From a virus: a stretch of 64,000 nt of DNA. Positions 40,401-49,190 of this stretch are shown one piece after another (the stretch's first letter is position 1; each line of letters begins with the position of its first letter). Below the pieces are notes generated by a model. It was not told the origin of the DNA. It saw only the letters and a list, made by a program, of their open reading frames with translations, and searched no databases. The stretch lies in the IMG/VR virus record IMGVR_UViG_3300025039_000014, positions 40,760 through 104,759 of that record. One strand, given 5' to 3'. The translations under genes and the position numbers were made by a program.

Positions 40401-41974
40401 CGAACCTGACCAGCCAGTATCAGAGCTTCGTCGCGAGTCAGCTCACCAAATACGAAACCACGTCCACCGCCAACCTGGCGCGATCCACCCTACAGACCGA
40501 CGTTCAGGCGTATACCGACAACAAGTTTTCGGCGGTTCAGCTCACCGCGTCGGCGACCGCCTCGGGCACCAGTCTCGTTACCAACGGACTGTTCGCCAAC
40601 GGTTCGATCGAGGGCTGGGGCGATTCCACGCTGGTCAGGATTCTCAACAAATCAGACAGCGCGTCGGTCATCTACAAGAACTGCCCCACCAATTACTTCG
40701 CCGAGTTCGGTGACGATCAGCACGACCTCGACCGCTACTTCGTCGGCGAGTGGAAAGACTGCGCCGCCCACGAAGAGTTTGCCGGCAAGTTCAGTTGTTG
40801 TCGGGGTAGTAGTTCCGGCGGCCGGCTGGATATCGCGATTCAGTGGCGAGACGTCGATGGCGTGCTTTTCTTAGGCGAAACCATGCAAACGGTGACGTTG
40901 ACCGATGAGGCTGCCGGCTCCTGGCAAACCTCGGAGGTCAGCTCGACCATCTCCCCCGGTGGAGCGGTGAGAGCCCGCGTTCTCATTACCCGCAAGGCCG
41001 GGAGTTTCGGAAAGCTCTATTTCACCAACGTGGTGATGGTGCGCAACGACCCGGCACTGAACGCCTTCTACACCGCCAAGGTCAGCTCGAATGGCCTTAT
41101 CGGAGGCTTTGGCATCTACAACAACGGTCTGACTGTTGACGCCGGATTCGAGGTCGACAAGTTCTGGATCGGCCGCACGGAGGGCAAGGTCAAACCCTTC
41201 GTCGTGATGAACGGCAGCGTCTACATGGACGACGCCATGATCAACACCGTGACGATCGGCAAGCTGCGCTCGGCGACAGGCGGCGTCATCATTTCCGGCG
41301 GCAAGATCAAGGCGGAATTTATCGACGCTGACAATCTGGTCGTGAAATCAGCTGCGACGTTCACCGGTCAGGGCTCGCTATCCAAGAAAAACTCGCTGGG
41401 CTATTCGGAGGTTACAGGCACCAAGCCGCCGACCGATGCTGACCGCACGGCTTCGAACATCTCGTATGACACCAAGCGCGCCGGCGGTCGAAATATCGGC
41501 GACGTGCTCGAGGACGTGGCTGTCACTCGAAACCGGACGAACTACTGGATTCGTCCAGGCGAGACGACGATCAATGGCAACGCCATCTACACCGGGGACG
41601 CATACGTCGACACCCTTCAGATCAAGGGCGGAGCCATCATCGTGCCGCGTCAGGCGTTCGGTGTGGGTCAGGCTTCGGCTTCGCTCAGCATCGGCTCAGG
41701 CGTCTTCCCAGGCCCGATGGTGACGCTGATCTGCATGGCGTCGTTCACCAAACTCGGCGATGGCGACCAGCGGGTGATCATCGAGTATCGCAATCGCGAG
41801 CAGTTGAACGAGTGGATCAAGCTGGTGACGGAATGGCCGGACACCTACACGATCTCAACCATCATGGGCTTTCGTCAGATCGGCAACACCGGCGTTCACG
41901 ATGTCCGTGCGCGCTTCACCGACTCGAACAGTGACGGTCGAGTGTCACTGGTCTTCTTCCTGGGGCAACGCTAA
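34394..41974 (+). CDS. Central tail fibre / host-specificity protein (gpI+gpJ-like), 2526 aa
   Basis: IPLIYG, VSEGEI, SNNPAW, FN3-like domains, coiled coils with inserted beta domains. Confidence 0.9.
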   Translation: MSTSLIPVVQIEPQHVNLIVVYNALDLRDRETAKLNFDPSKTLADYMQGLEDVDQWSVSINGESYSPDDWVLINPAPDDYITVVPIPYGGGGGSKNIMRMVALVAIAVVAPYAAAYMLGTTVAAMGIAGAALTGVITMAGGMLVNALLPPSVPSANNSVSQSESPTYGIDGSKNTQTEDTIIPLIYGSYRYAGNIVNLSTDNEGKTQIVKAMMVVSEGEIDGISDFQVNDQPFDNYEDVETDWRPGAANQTAYGWFQDTKRMVNKAITLSTEEWAQHTTEGEIDRFRLDYLWPQGLVSINDKGKRTVYQAEMKAQYRKAGTTAWIDLPQRIYTEAATSQPYRVSFESPKLAEGIYEIRTRRLNNKATEVNVSDTVQLADIVEIIDDRVPYNHTASFAIRVRLTDQLGSLPKMTAKIRGIKVAKYTYNGELITREWSNNPAWIAVDLLTNKRYGAGLVLSRIDWRAFNDWAQFCLDNELTFNGVFDTFSNAWDAAQVVLRVGHARFTTIGTTLSLAIYRASEPVMMFGNGNIIEGSLKLNWSSIEDRSNEFEIEFYDKELDNKQNTVRLINEDSIARGDMQRISTTRMVGIDNEKQAYNEALFQKAMNEGLVMSGQLEAPIEAMVCGVGDVVLVQHDMPQWGESGRIRPGSTAKIIKIDRTLEIGASPVNMSMMVHHSVVKRASPTVAIVNHNSGSVFIQGVPASVAATRLVFGDQDRRILSIRSANGYTEIQLADTDGLAVGTGFELWDTDVIEARQIASYDAETSQITLVSALGQVPADLSNYMIGVTDKAAKPFTVVGVSGDGDYSRVLKLIEYNETIFDPANFQPTPIYSRPVQTVQHVRDLTVIEDSIIKSASLISSLIVSWSLPEDGNYAGAKVYIARNGGEMEIHGIAGAGVTSYHLQAKFGEELVIRVVAYDGGGRTANYNTAPQVTYNVTGSLDVPANVTGFTARLDRDGVELNWIKLADPDVVGYEIREGEDWETGTLIVEDHAGTRFFTTLKENGVYSYWIKAIDLRGAMSRVATTASVRELITPPVPDGVSITVTAFTATIVIAAAPFGITWEVWRSNAPLLNGQILSNAVLAGTGDTVQIVGLDYDTTYYLYIRGRSAFGVSAWYPTQFQTSADPAEIMEFIAGQIDESALAQELAKEIEKISAPEGIVGSVNERLAGVRDDLADEAVRVDGLINEANESTNKVQQNLLDETVRLDGRVDGISLSIDATQLTLSQRDDELAQRLLEAETSIVDEARASKDRDSALTETVQGITATFEDNNAYLGELRRVEAERDAIQAIQFEALAVTAANRTASIRTEKQIRIDGDTAEASERSALEVRVNDNEGAIVTESLTRADELSVISSRIGELSAKLDAVPQFGSGFEPGTDLTQWQVPTTDTLTVQSVDIYQGTQSALLTSSSATPTPGTDGIGVTRALIPSGAAEAFEGYEIVVQIAAKQPADNPTAEFAIAFATNGVGSSTWRMFTPTPSWDVYQFTWQVPEGSTVGVNNIAIWADTSGSGKGLLVDGVTVRRANAEISEITAAITTEQEARVSADEALSTDIQATTARLGLAEAAILEEITARATAEEATTGQITAITTRVGDNETRIAEETQARTTQTDALATRTTAMETRMGEAEGAITSETETRATADEALGLQIEEIKAEMGGDTAAVVEERQARVTADSALAYQISSVSARVDDAAAQLLNEQRVQIEQASLDAVQFEAIEASRAGSTASIRTEQNIRLEDDLAEASRRESIETQVGDLESTITEEAVARSTADMTLADQISQVSSKVDQNQASVSEQIKTSITGNSLIRDGSFELGDLALWGGSAVSISNIRERRDSTSPLNQNAPARYFVELDDVNHDTTAYLHNQGMVPVTPGAQYTFDASYAVRGEGDISIEFSVRFFDQDGNQVSWPSIKRVNHAETVAWLKLGPVTLTAPADGVQAMIIIGRISGGSGSLLVTNIRGYRVDEALASKIDQVQASIGPNIATAMTAYETKIDANSSRSSLSTNLTSQYQSFVASQLTKYETTSTANLARSTLQTDVQAYTDNKFSAVQLTASATASGTSLVTNGLFANGSIEGWGDSTLVRILNKSDSASVIYKNCPTNYFAEFGDDQHDLDRYFVGEWKDCAAHEEFAGKFSCCRGSSSGGRLDIAIQWRDVDGVLFLGETMQTVTLTDEAAGSWQTSEVSSTISPGGAVRARVLITRKAGSFGKLYFTNVVMVRNDPALNAFYTAKVSSNGLIGGFGIYNNGLTVDAGFEVDKFWIGRTEGKVKPFVVMNGSVYMDDAMINTVTIGKLRSATGGVIISGGKIKAEFIDADNLVVKSAATFTGQGSLSKKNSLGYSEVTGTKPPTDADRTASNISYDTKRAGGRNIGDVLEDVAVTRNRTNYWIRPGETTINGNAIYTGDAYVDTLQIKGGAIIVPRQAFGVGQASASLSIGSGVFPGPMVTLICMASFTKLGDGDQRVIIEYRNREQLNEWIKLVTEWPDTYTISTIMGFRQIGNTGVHDVRARFTDSNSDGRVSLVFFLGQR

Positions 41975-42510
41975 TGGCAGATGAAACGACGGCAACGACC
42001 GAGATCGAAGCCGATGACGAGGAATACGGGGTGGTGTCGTCAAAGGACGACCTGCCCTTCGTGATGCCGATGGAAGAGTTCCCCGAACTCCCGGAAGGCG
42101 GTATTCAGGAGCCAGTGCCGCTGGTGAAGTTCACGGTCTACAACAACGAGACCGGTCGAGTCACCCAGTTTGGGGAATGCGCTGCCGATGAGCTGGAATT
42201 TCAGGACCAGGACGAACCTCACCTGACCGTCATCGAGGGCGTTTACCATTTCGACGACTACTACGTCGACCTGGCCACCCATGAACCTCGCGAGAAGCAA
42301 AACTACCTCTACCGGCTCGAGACCACGCCGCTGACGCTGACGATCATTGGCCTGCCCGCCGGAACGAAACTGGCAGTTGCCGGTATGGCTCTTGTGACCG
42401 ACGAAGAGGCAACGGAGATCGACTTCGACGTGCCCGGCACGCACGAAATCAGCCTGTCGGGACTGGTCTCTCATCACAACACCAGCTTCGAGGTGACGAT
42501 CGATGGCTAA
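41974..42510 (+). CDS. Tail-associated hypothetical protein
   Basis: Coupled to the J-like gene; YNNETGRV, YYVD. Confidence 0.65.
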   Translation: MADETTATTEIEADDEEYGVVSSKDDLPFVMPMEEFPELPEGGIQEPVPLVKFTVYNNETGRVTQFGECAADELEFQDQDEPHLTVIEGVYHFDDYYVDLATHEPREKQNYLYRLETTPLTLTIIGLPAGTKLAVAGMALVTDEEATEIDFDVPGTHEISLSGLVSHHNTSFEVTIDG

Positions 42511-42904
42511 ACTGTCCGTCCGCAAATTCGAGTGCCAGGATGCGGCGATCGCCGATCACTGTCTCAAGGTCGATCAGGCTGCCGAAGAGGCACGCTCGCG
42601 GTTTCTGACCTCCGGCACCGGCCAAGCCATGGCCTATCAGTCGAAGTTCGAGGATGCCTCGCGCTTTCTCGCCAATGAGGCTGGCGCCTTCCCATGGCTC
42701 GGGGCGGAAGCCGAGATTCGGGACAAGACGATGCGCGAGGTGGCGACAGTCATCGTAGAGACCCGCAAAAAGTGGGACATGATCGGTTCCACTATAGAGA
42801 TCCATCGTCTCCAGGCGAAACAGGCAATTCGCGATGCCAAGACACCGGCAATCATGCATGCGATCGCCGAAAGCACCGTCAAAGCTCTCTCAGAACTCGC
42901 GTGA
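42503..42904 (+). CDS. Tail fibre assembly-like protein
   Basis: VDQAAEEARSRFLT...GQAMAY..K..A. Confidence 0.6.
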   Translation: MAKLSVRKFECQDAAIADHCLKVDQAAEEARSRFLTSGTGQAMAYQSKFEDASRFLANEAGAFPWLGAEAEIRDKTMREVATVIVETRKKWDMIGSTIEIHRLQAKQAIRDAKTPAIMHAIAESTVKALSELA

Positions 42905-42919
42905 GGGCTTGACAAAATA

Positions 42920-42939
42920 GTAAGTAAGCGCTTACTTAC
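42920..42939. promoter_or_regulatory. Palindromic operator-like motif, copy 11 (perfect palindrome)
   Basis: GTAAGTAAGCGCTTACTTAC just after TTGACA; upstream of the lysis genes. Confidence 0.9.
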
Positions 42940-42986
42940 CATGATATGATTGCCCGGTCATTAACCTTTGGCGGGGAGATTGCGAC

Positions 42987-43343
42987 GTGAAGGATACGAT
43001 CACTGAGGAAGTGGTTTCGACCCTTGCCTCTCAACCTATTGGCGATGCGATCCCCGAACCGGTGCTGAACTGGGCCGACAAAAGTCTCTGGATCGTCATG
43101 GGCTTCATTCTGTTGGGTCATGTCGCACGCAATCTCGTCTCCGACGAGCCATTCAATATCCGCAAGTTCATCGGGGAAATGATCCTCGCCGCCATCGGGG
43201 CTGTCTCGATCTACGTGATGGGACTGCTACAGGGGCTGCCCGAGCCACAGATCATCTTCATCGGCCTACTGACTAGCCTGGGCGGTCTGCGAGCTCTCGA
43301 ATGGGCCGCGAAGATCACTCGTGCGGTCAAGAAAATCTCGTAA
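42987..43343 (+). CDS. Holin
   Basis: Three hydrophobic helices, basic C-terminus, precedes the endolysin. Confidence 0.7.
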   Translation: MKDTITEEVVSTLASQPIGDAIPEPVLNWADKSLWIVMGFILLGHVARNLVSDEPFNIRKFIGEMILAAIGAVSIYVMGLLQGLPEPQIIFIGLLTSLGGLRALEWAAKITRAVKKIS

Positions 43344-43355
43344 GGAGATAGACCC

Positions 43356-43841
43356 ATGCAATTCGCACTCAACTTCCCCCGTCGTGAGTTCGAGCTTTCC
43401 CAGACTGCCGTTCGCAAGGGTATCGATAACACGGTCCCCGACGAGCTCGTGCCGAATGCCGCTCGCCTTTCCTGGTGGCTGCAAGAGCTTCGCAACAAGA
43501 TCAACCGGCTTCACCGCCAAGAGTCTCGCTCGCGTGAGCTGCCGATCGTCATCACCTCCGGTTATCGCTGCCCGGCGCTGAACGAAGCCATCGGCGGCGC
43601 CGAGAATTCGCAGCACTCCAAGGCAGAAGCCGTCGACATTCACGTCCCTGGCATGACCTCGCGTCAGCTCGTCGACTTCATCGTGGCCAACCAACCCGGC
43701 TACGACCAGATGATCGAAGAGTTCGGCCAGTGGGTGCATGTCAGCGTGACCACTCGCCCGCGTGGGGAAGTGCTCGTTGCCAAGCGCAACTCTCGGGGCA
43801 AGGTCAGCTACGCCCCTCTCGTGACGCAAGAAGAAGCCTAA
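43356..43841 (+). CDS. Endolysin, peptidase M15A (D-Ala-D-Ala carboxypeptidase family)
   Basis: TSGYRC..LN.AIGGA.NSQH...AVD...WVHVS. Confidence 0.9.
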   Translation: MQFALNFPRREFELSQTAVRKGIDNTVPDELVPNAARLSWWLQELRNKINRLHRQESRSRELPIVITSGYRCPALNEAIGGAENSQHSKAEAVDIHVPGMTSRQLVDFIVANQPGYDQMIEEFGQWVHVSVTTRPRGEVLVAKRNSRGKVSYAPLVTQEEA

Positions 43842-43878
43842 TCCTGGGCCGGCTCCGGCCGGCTTTTCGAGGTGAATC

Positions 43879-44088
43879 ATGACCGACACCGATGCAATCG
43901 CCACGATCTCTGGCTTGACCACGGAGGCCAATAACGAGACCACCGCGATCCAGACCGCTTATTCGAATTTCGACGCGTCCAAAGCGGCATTGACCCAGGC
44001 CGAAGCGGAAGTTTCTGCGCGACTAACGCTCATGGACAAGCGGGTTCGCTACGTCATCAATCGATATGGGGAAGGCAATGGCGCTTGA
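43879..44088 (+). CDS. Small coiled-coil protein
   Basis: GAGGTG RBS; 69 aa. Confidence 0.6.
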   Translation: MTDTDAIATISGLTTEANNETTAIQTAYSNFDASKAALTQAEAEVSARLTLMDKRVRYVINRYGEGNGA

Positions 44089-45523
44089 TCCGAATCTACA
44101 GGTCTCGATCGACAGTCTCCAGACCGCTCATACCAGCGTGATCGAAGCCGTTCGGGGCTACACCGGTGGCAGTATCGCCAAGAGCACCAATGATCTGCTG
44201 CTGAAACACGCCAGCGCCAATCGCGGAATCGATGAAGCCGAGTCCGGGTTAATCAATCAGATTCTGGCTCTCGACAATGCCCCGGTGCCTTCTTTCCTAG
44301 CTGGTTTCATCCGTCGCTCGTTCATGAAAGGCGAAGCCTCCATCGATCATGGCTATACGGCCAATCAACTCCTTGGATTCAAACGAGCCTCGGTGAAATG
44401 GGCGTTTGGTCCCGGCGGCAATATCACTCAGGTGCCGGTCGACACCCTGGCCTATGCCTATGACCCCCTGACCGGTTATCCGATTGGCGCGCTTTTGGAA
44501 GGCGCAGCGACGAACATTCGCCCCTACTCACATGAGTTCAGCCGCTGGCCCGTTGCCAATGGCTCGACCTTCTCAACCTCATCTGAATCGACCGTCATCG
44601 ACGGCATTGGCCCGTGGAAATTCAACGAGGGCACACAGACTGACGTTCAGCACTACTTCCTCCACGGCGCAAGGCTGACTGCTGGATTCTGGACCGACTC
44701 GATCATCGTCAAAGCCGGTGAGCGTTCCAAGATCGAGATCAGAGTCACCGACTATGGACCCTCAAGCCAAGCCGGGTTTGATCTCGAGAATGGTCAGATT
44801 TTCAACCAGCCATCGCCGTCGCAATCCTCAGCCAAGATGACCAAGTTGCCCAATGGCTACTGGCTCTGCGAGGTGACTTTCTACGTCGATGCCGAGGCCG
44901 ACGGCAACGTGCTCTACATGCTGAGCAAGGACGGTGGCGTCAACGAAGCGTATGCCGGTGAGGGAGACAAGGGCGTCTACATGCTTCATGCCCAGCTTGA
45001 GGCCAACTCATGCTCTACATCTCGAATTCTTTGCGCCGGAACGCCAACCTCTCGCGCTGCCGATGATCCGACCTGGGAGTTGGATGATTCTCACAACAAG
45101 GAAGGGTTCTCGTTCTATCTGGAGGGCGTCCAGGGTTCCCGTCAGGGAACCGCGTTGTTCTATTCGAATGTCGGAGGTCTCGATAGTCATCTTCGCGTCG
45201 GCTTCCCGGACAACAACAGCGCGGCGGTGTGGTTCAACCAGAACAACGCCGGTGCCCGCAGCATTCCGCTTTCCGATTTCCCCTCCTACGTCCCAGGCAC
45301 TCCATTCAAATTGGCAGTCAGCGTAGGGCCGACCAAGATCGCAGTCGCCCTCAACGGTGAGCTGTCGAGGATGGATATCAGCAGCCGCGGCGTCCCCGCC
45401 GTCAATCGTGCGCGGCTCGGCGCCATTTCGGATACCAACAATGGCATCAATGGGCAAATCGTCGAGTTTCGCGAGTTCCCCATGGTGCTCAGTGAAGAGC
45501 AGGTTTTGGAGATGACCACATGA
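44078..45523 (+). CDS. Fibre/spike protein 1 (ConA/LamG-like C-terminus)
   Basis: F.RAS...G.LLEG..TN; AQLE...TRAAD-type motifs; paralogous to the next gene. Confidence 0.7.
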   Translation: MALDPNLQVSIDSLQTAHTSVIEAVRGYTGGSIAKSTNDLLLKHASANRGIDEAESGLINQILALDNAPVPSFLAGFIRRSFMKGEASIDHGYTANQLLGFKRASVKWAFGPGGNITQVPVDTLAYAYDPLTGYPIGALLEGAATNIRPYSHEFSRWPVANGSTFSTSSESTVIDGIGPWKFNEGTQTDVQHYFLHGARLTAGFWTDSIIVKAGERSKIEIRVTDYGPSSQAGFDLENGQIFNQPSPSQSSAKMTKLPNGYWLCEVTFYVDAEADGNVLYMLSKDGGVNEAYAGEGDKGVYMLHAQLEANSCSTSRILCAGTPTSRAADDPTWELDDSHNKEGFSFYLEGVQGSRQGTALFYSNVGGLDSHLRVGFPDNNSAAVWFNQNNAGARSIPLSDFPSYVPGTPFKLAVSVGPTKIAVALNGELSRMDISSRGVPAVNRARLGAISDTNNGINGQIVEFREFPMVLSEEQVLEMTT

Positions 45524-46950
45524 CGCAGACGCTCGATACCGCCCATGCCGCGTCAATCACCGAGCTACAGACGCGTCACGCCAAACTGATGACCTCGGTG
45601 CGCAACTATACCGACACCAGCGTCACGGCATCGACAGCCGAGCTCACCGCCGCCCGCTCTGCCCTGATGGATAACATCGACGCCAAGGAGCAATCGCTGC
45701 TGGGCCTGGCACAGAGAAAGGCGACGAAGCCACTCCCCTCGATGATTCTGGACTTCCGAGAGCAGGTGTTTCTCCAAGGCAATCGTATCATCGAGCGCGG
45801 CCGTGACGTTGCCGATCTGCTCCAGGTGCTGCGTGGCTCGTCGAAGTGGTGCTTTGGCCCTACCGGCAATGTCCGTGAATTCCCGGCGAACACCGTTGCC
45901 TACGCCTACGATCCGACGACCGGAGAGGCAAAAGGTATTTCCCTGGAAGGTGCCGGCACCAACCTGCACCCCTACAGCACGGACATGACCAACGCGAATG
46001 TAACTCGCCTGAGATGCGATGTTGCGGTCTCAAGCGAAACCTCTCCTATTACGGGTCAAAAAGCTTTCAAGCTGACCTGCCTTGAGAACAACACGACAGG
46101 CTTAGATCCCGGCACGTTCAGCGTCACCAATGGAACGAAATACACCACCACCGTCATCGCCAAAGCGGGATCGGCAAACGGCATTACGCTGGTCTTCAAG
46201 TCATTTCAGTCGGGCTGGCAAGCGGGTGAGATTCGATTCGATGGGTCTGTCGATTCCTCGACGGGATCGGGTTGGAAACTCGAAGAGCAATGCGATCTGC
46301 GCGATGGATGGGTAATGGCGCGCGTGTCCTGCACGGCAAGTCAGGATTCGACCGCAGCCTCGGTTGAGTATCGCATCACCCACAATGACGCGAACCCAGC
46401 CGTTGGACAGACTATCCATCTCGCCCACTGGCAGATCGAGACCGGCAACGGATCGACGATCATTCCGACAGCCGCAACGGCCGTTACCCGTGCAGCCGAC
46501 AACATGCTGCGCGACCTGTCGTTCGAGCATAACCCCAACGGCTTCACCTTCTATGTCGAAGGTGTGCAGACCTCCGACACCGGATCGCTGGTGTTCTATT
46601 CCCTGAACAACAGCACAAGCAAGAGTATCCGAGTGGGTGTGCCGTCCAACAATAACGCGATCTTCTGGGTGAATTACGATCGCCTGGCCAATATCTCTAC
46701 GACCAACTTCCCGGTAGTGAAAGGCGGCAGCAACAAGATTGCGGTGTCCGTGAATGCCACGCGCTTCGCGGTCGCCTGCAATGGTTCTGTCAGCTATACC
46801 AGCACGCCTCCCCAGGGTATCCCGATCTTCAACCGCGCCAAGCTTGGTGCTATCTCCGACACCAACAACGCCATCAACGGCACCATCGCTGAGTTCCGCG
46901 CCTACCCGATGGCGATGGAAGCGGCCGATCTGATCGTTCTTACTACCTGA
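45520..46950 (+). CDS. Fibre/spike protein 2 (paralogue of the previous gene)
   Basis: Shared KW.FGP.GN, AYAYDP.TG, LGAISDTNN.ING. Confidence 0.7.
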   Translation: MTQTLDTAHAASITELQTRHAKLMTSVRNYTDTSVTASTAELTAARSALMDNIDAKEQSLLGLAQRKATKPLPSMILDFREQVFLQGNRIIERGRDVADLLQVLRGSSKWCFGPTGNVREFPANTVAYAYDPTTGEAKGISLEGAGTNLHPYSTDMTNANVTRLRCDVAVSSETSPITGQKAFKLTCLENNTTGLDPGTFSVTNGTKYTTTVIAKAGSANGITLVFKSFQSGWQAGEIRFDGSVDSSTGSGWKLEEQCDLRDGWVMARVSCTASQDSTAASVEYRITHNDANPAVGQTIHLAHWQIETGNGSTIIPTAATAVTRAADNMLRDLSFEHNPNGFTFYVEGVQTSDTGSLVFYSLNNSTSKSIRVGVPSNNNAIFWVNYDRLANISTTNFPVVKGGSNKIAVSVNATRFAVACNGSVSYTSTPPQGIPIFNRAKLGAISDTNNAINGTIAEFRAYPMAMEAADLIVLTT

Positions 46951-46965
46951 TACGAGACCCTGCCC

Positions 46966-47550
46966 ATGCGTGATGCTCTGCTCTATGTCGCCACTTTCAA
47001 AACTCTGGTTAATCACCTGGCGATCCACTATCCCAACATGCTCGAGCGTGATGGGAACGGCGCGATCGTTACTCCCCCGGTGGTCACAGGATTCGCTCGC
47101 ACCCCGGCGATCACCGATGGCACCGCCGTGATGGTCTACGTCCGTCTCCAGGATGAAGAGGTCGAGGATTGGCGCGGTATGCCGGGCGTCGAGATCATGG
47201 CCGAGACCGTATTCACCGGCCCCGGCACGGCTCAGCGCATCTATGACCAGGTGTTTGCCGACGAAGTGAAGTATGCACGCTACAAAGCGCTCTATCCGCA
47301 CGACCCATACGCGATCGAGACAGGGCTTCTCGCCTACACCCTGACTGCCGAATTCAGCGAGCCGACCGAAGTCGTGGTTCAGCTCGACGACGAGCCGCAA
47401 ACACTGATCATGACCGACGTCTACAAGCTGTCCGTGACGCCGGACGTCAGTGTAAGCGTGGACCACGAGGGTGTCGTGCTGAGCGAACCCGTCGTGGAGA
47501 CCCGCACCATCACGCCCTCGGCGTGGATCGGTGTTCTTGCTGGAGCCTGA
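46966..47550 (+). CDS. Hypothetical protein (possible fibre chaperone)
   Basis: 194-aa ORF downstream of the fibre genes. Confidence 0.6.
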   Translation: MRDALLYVATFKTLVNHLAIHYPNMLERDGNGAIVTPPVVTGFARTPAITDGTAVMVYVRLQDEEVEDWRGMPGVEIMAETVFTGPGTAQRIYDQVFADEVKYARYKALYPHDPYAIETGLLAYTLTAEFSEPTEVVVQLDDEPQTLIMTDVYKLSVTPDVSVSVDHEGVVLSEPVVETRTITPSAWIGVLAGA

Positions 47551-47553
47551 CAC

Positions 47554-47961
47554 ATGGGACTCTTTGCCAGGTTGTTCGGTAGTGACAACGTCATCCAGAA
47601 AGCCGCGGATGGCATCTACAATGGCGTCGACAAGGCGATCTACACCCAGGAAGAGAAAGCGATTGGCTTCCTCAACCTGCTGAAAGCCTACGAGCCGTTC
47701 AAATTGGCCCAGCGACTGCTCGCGCTGACCGTCACGGTGCCCTATGTGACCGTGTGGCTCTGTTGCGCGCTGATGCTGGTGATCGCGGGCTTCGTTGAGC
47801 CGGCTTATGGCAAACAGCTCGATGAGGCGGCGCGCACGCTCGGGGAGTTGAATAACGACACGCTGGGCATGCCAGTCGCCTTAGTGCTGTCGTTTTACTT
47901 CGCCGGCGGTGCGCTCGAGGGAGTCGTCGACAAGATTCGCTCCAAGCAGGTGAAATCCTAG
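47554..47961 (+). CDS. Membrane protein (3TM holin-like)
   Basis: VDKAIYTQEEKA, two TM helices, FYF. Confidence 0.55.
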   Translation: MGLFARLFGSDNVIQKAADGIYNGVDKAIYTQEEKAIGFLNLLKAYEPFKLAQRLLALTVTVPYVTVWLCCALMLVIAGFVEPAYGKQLDEAARTLGELNNDTLGMPVALVLSFYFAGGALEGVVDKIRSKQVKS

Positions 47962-48009
47962 AGAAAAGGCGGACAAAGCATATGGTTTTGCCTTCGTCCG
48001 CCTGATAGA

Positions 48010-48029
48010 GTAAGTAATCGCTTACTTAC
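48010..48029. promoter_or_regulatory. Palindromic operator-like motif, copy 12
   Basis: GTAAGTAATCGCTTACTTAC. Confidence 0.85.
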
Positions 48030-48177
48030 TGGATTTTAGGCCGATGCTGTCATGCCAACGACCCTACGATCTGGATCGACCGCCCTGTCTCGCGACAGGT
48101 GCGTGGCGTGAACGGGTGTCTCTGACTGTGTGATTGAAGGCGGGCTTCGGCTCGCCTTTCCTTTTAAGGGTCGACCG

Positions 48178-48987
48178 ATGTCTCGAAGCTATAACGGCAA
48201 GCAGCAGAAGCGTCAGGAACGACGGTCCAGCAAGCGTAGGGATCGAGCCGATGTCGTGGCCCTGTTCGACAACCATCGCGAACAGGCAGGCGCCGAGATC
48301 CAGCGCGATCTGATGCGTTTCATGTCCACGGCCAACGCCAAACGCTCCAGCGAGCCCGTCCAGGCACGCAACGAGACTCAGGGTCACTACATCATCTCGA
48401 TCCAGGGGAACGATGTCACCGTCGGCACTGGCCCTGCGGGGGCCGGCAAGACCTGGGTAGCTACCGCACTGGCCTGTGAGGCGCTGATGGCCAAGGACGT
48501 CGAGAAGATCATCGTCACCCGCCCGGTGGTCGAGGCGGAAGAATCACTCGGGTTCCTTCCTGGCGAGATCATGGATAAGTTCGCGCCCTACTTCGTCCCG
48601 ATCCGTGAGGTCATGGACGAGCGCCTGGGTAAGGGCTTCGTCGACTATCTGATCGGGACCGGCAAGATCGAGATCGCCCCTCTGGCCTACATGCGGGGCC
48701 GAACGCACAAGAACGCTTTCGTGATTCTCGACGAAGCGCAGAACACCACGCCTAAGCAGATGAAGTTGTTCCTCACCCGTCTCGGCGAGAACACGCGTGT
48801 CGTCATCAATGGTGACGCCTCGCAGCAGGACATTCGCGCAAAGCTCAACGGCTTGGATGATGTCGTTCAACGGTTCAGCCGGACCCCTGGCTTTGGGGTG
48901 ATCGCGTTCGACCGGGCAGACGTTGTCCGCTCGGCGTTGGCGCAGATCATTGTGTCGAACTACGAAGACAATCCAGTCGCAGCTTAG
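48178..48987 (+). CDS. phoH: PhoH-family ATPase
   Basis: GPAGAGKT, LGFLPG, YMRGRT, DEAQN, GDASQQD, VVRS. Confidence 0.95.
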   Translation: MSRSYNGKQQKRQERRSSKRRDRADVVALFDNHREQAGAEIQRDLMRFMSTANAKRSSEPVQARNETQGHYIISIQGNDVTVGTGPAGAGKTWVATALACEALMAKDVEKIIVTRPVVEAEESLGFLPGEIMDKFAPYFVPIREVMDERLGKGFVDYLIGTGKIEIAPLAYMRGRTHKNAFVILDEAQNTTPKQMKLFLTRLGENTRVVINGDASQQDIRAKLNGLDDVVQRFSRTPGFGVIAFDRADVVRSALAQIIVSNYEDNPVAA

Positions 48988-49127
48988 CGCAGTGTAGCGA
49001 TGCTATCCCTGATAGCGTCAGAATCGACCCAGAAAGCGTCCCTGAGCGCGTTCGAGCTTCACGACACAAGATGACGCTTGGAAACTCGGAACGGAGCGCA
49101 CACGCAAACAGGGAGCGATTCACCCCC

Positions 49128-49157
49128 AGCCCTCGATCAGACGATCGGGGGCTTTTC
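49128..49157 (+). terminator. Terminator after phoH
   Basis: AGCCCTCGATC-agac-GATCGGGGGCT-TTT. Confidence 0.65.
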
Positions 49158-49190
49158 ATTGCGCGGTTCGCCGGGTCCGAGCAGCTGTGA

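Noticed and set aside
44078-46950. Diversity-generating retroelement or invertible tail-fibre cassette
   Set aside because: Differences between the paralogues are not adenine-specific; no reverse transcriptase or invertase, and both genes have the same orientation
46201-47553. 450-aa minus-strand ORF and many other antisense ORFs
   Set aside because: Shadow frames of high-GC plus-strand genes
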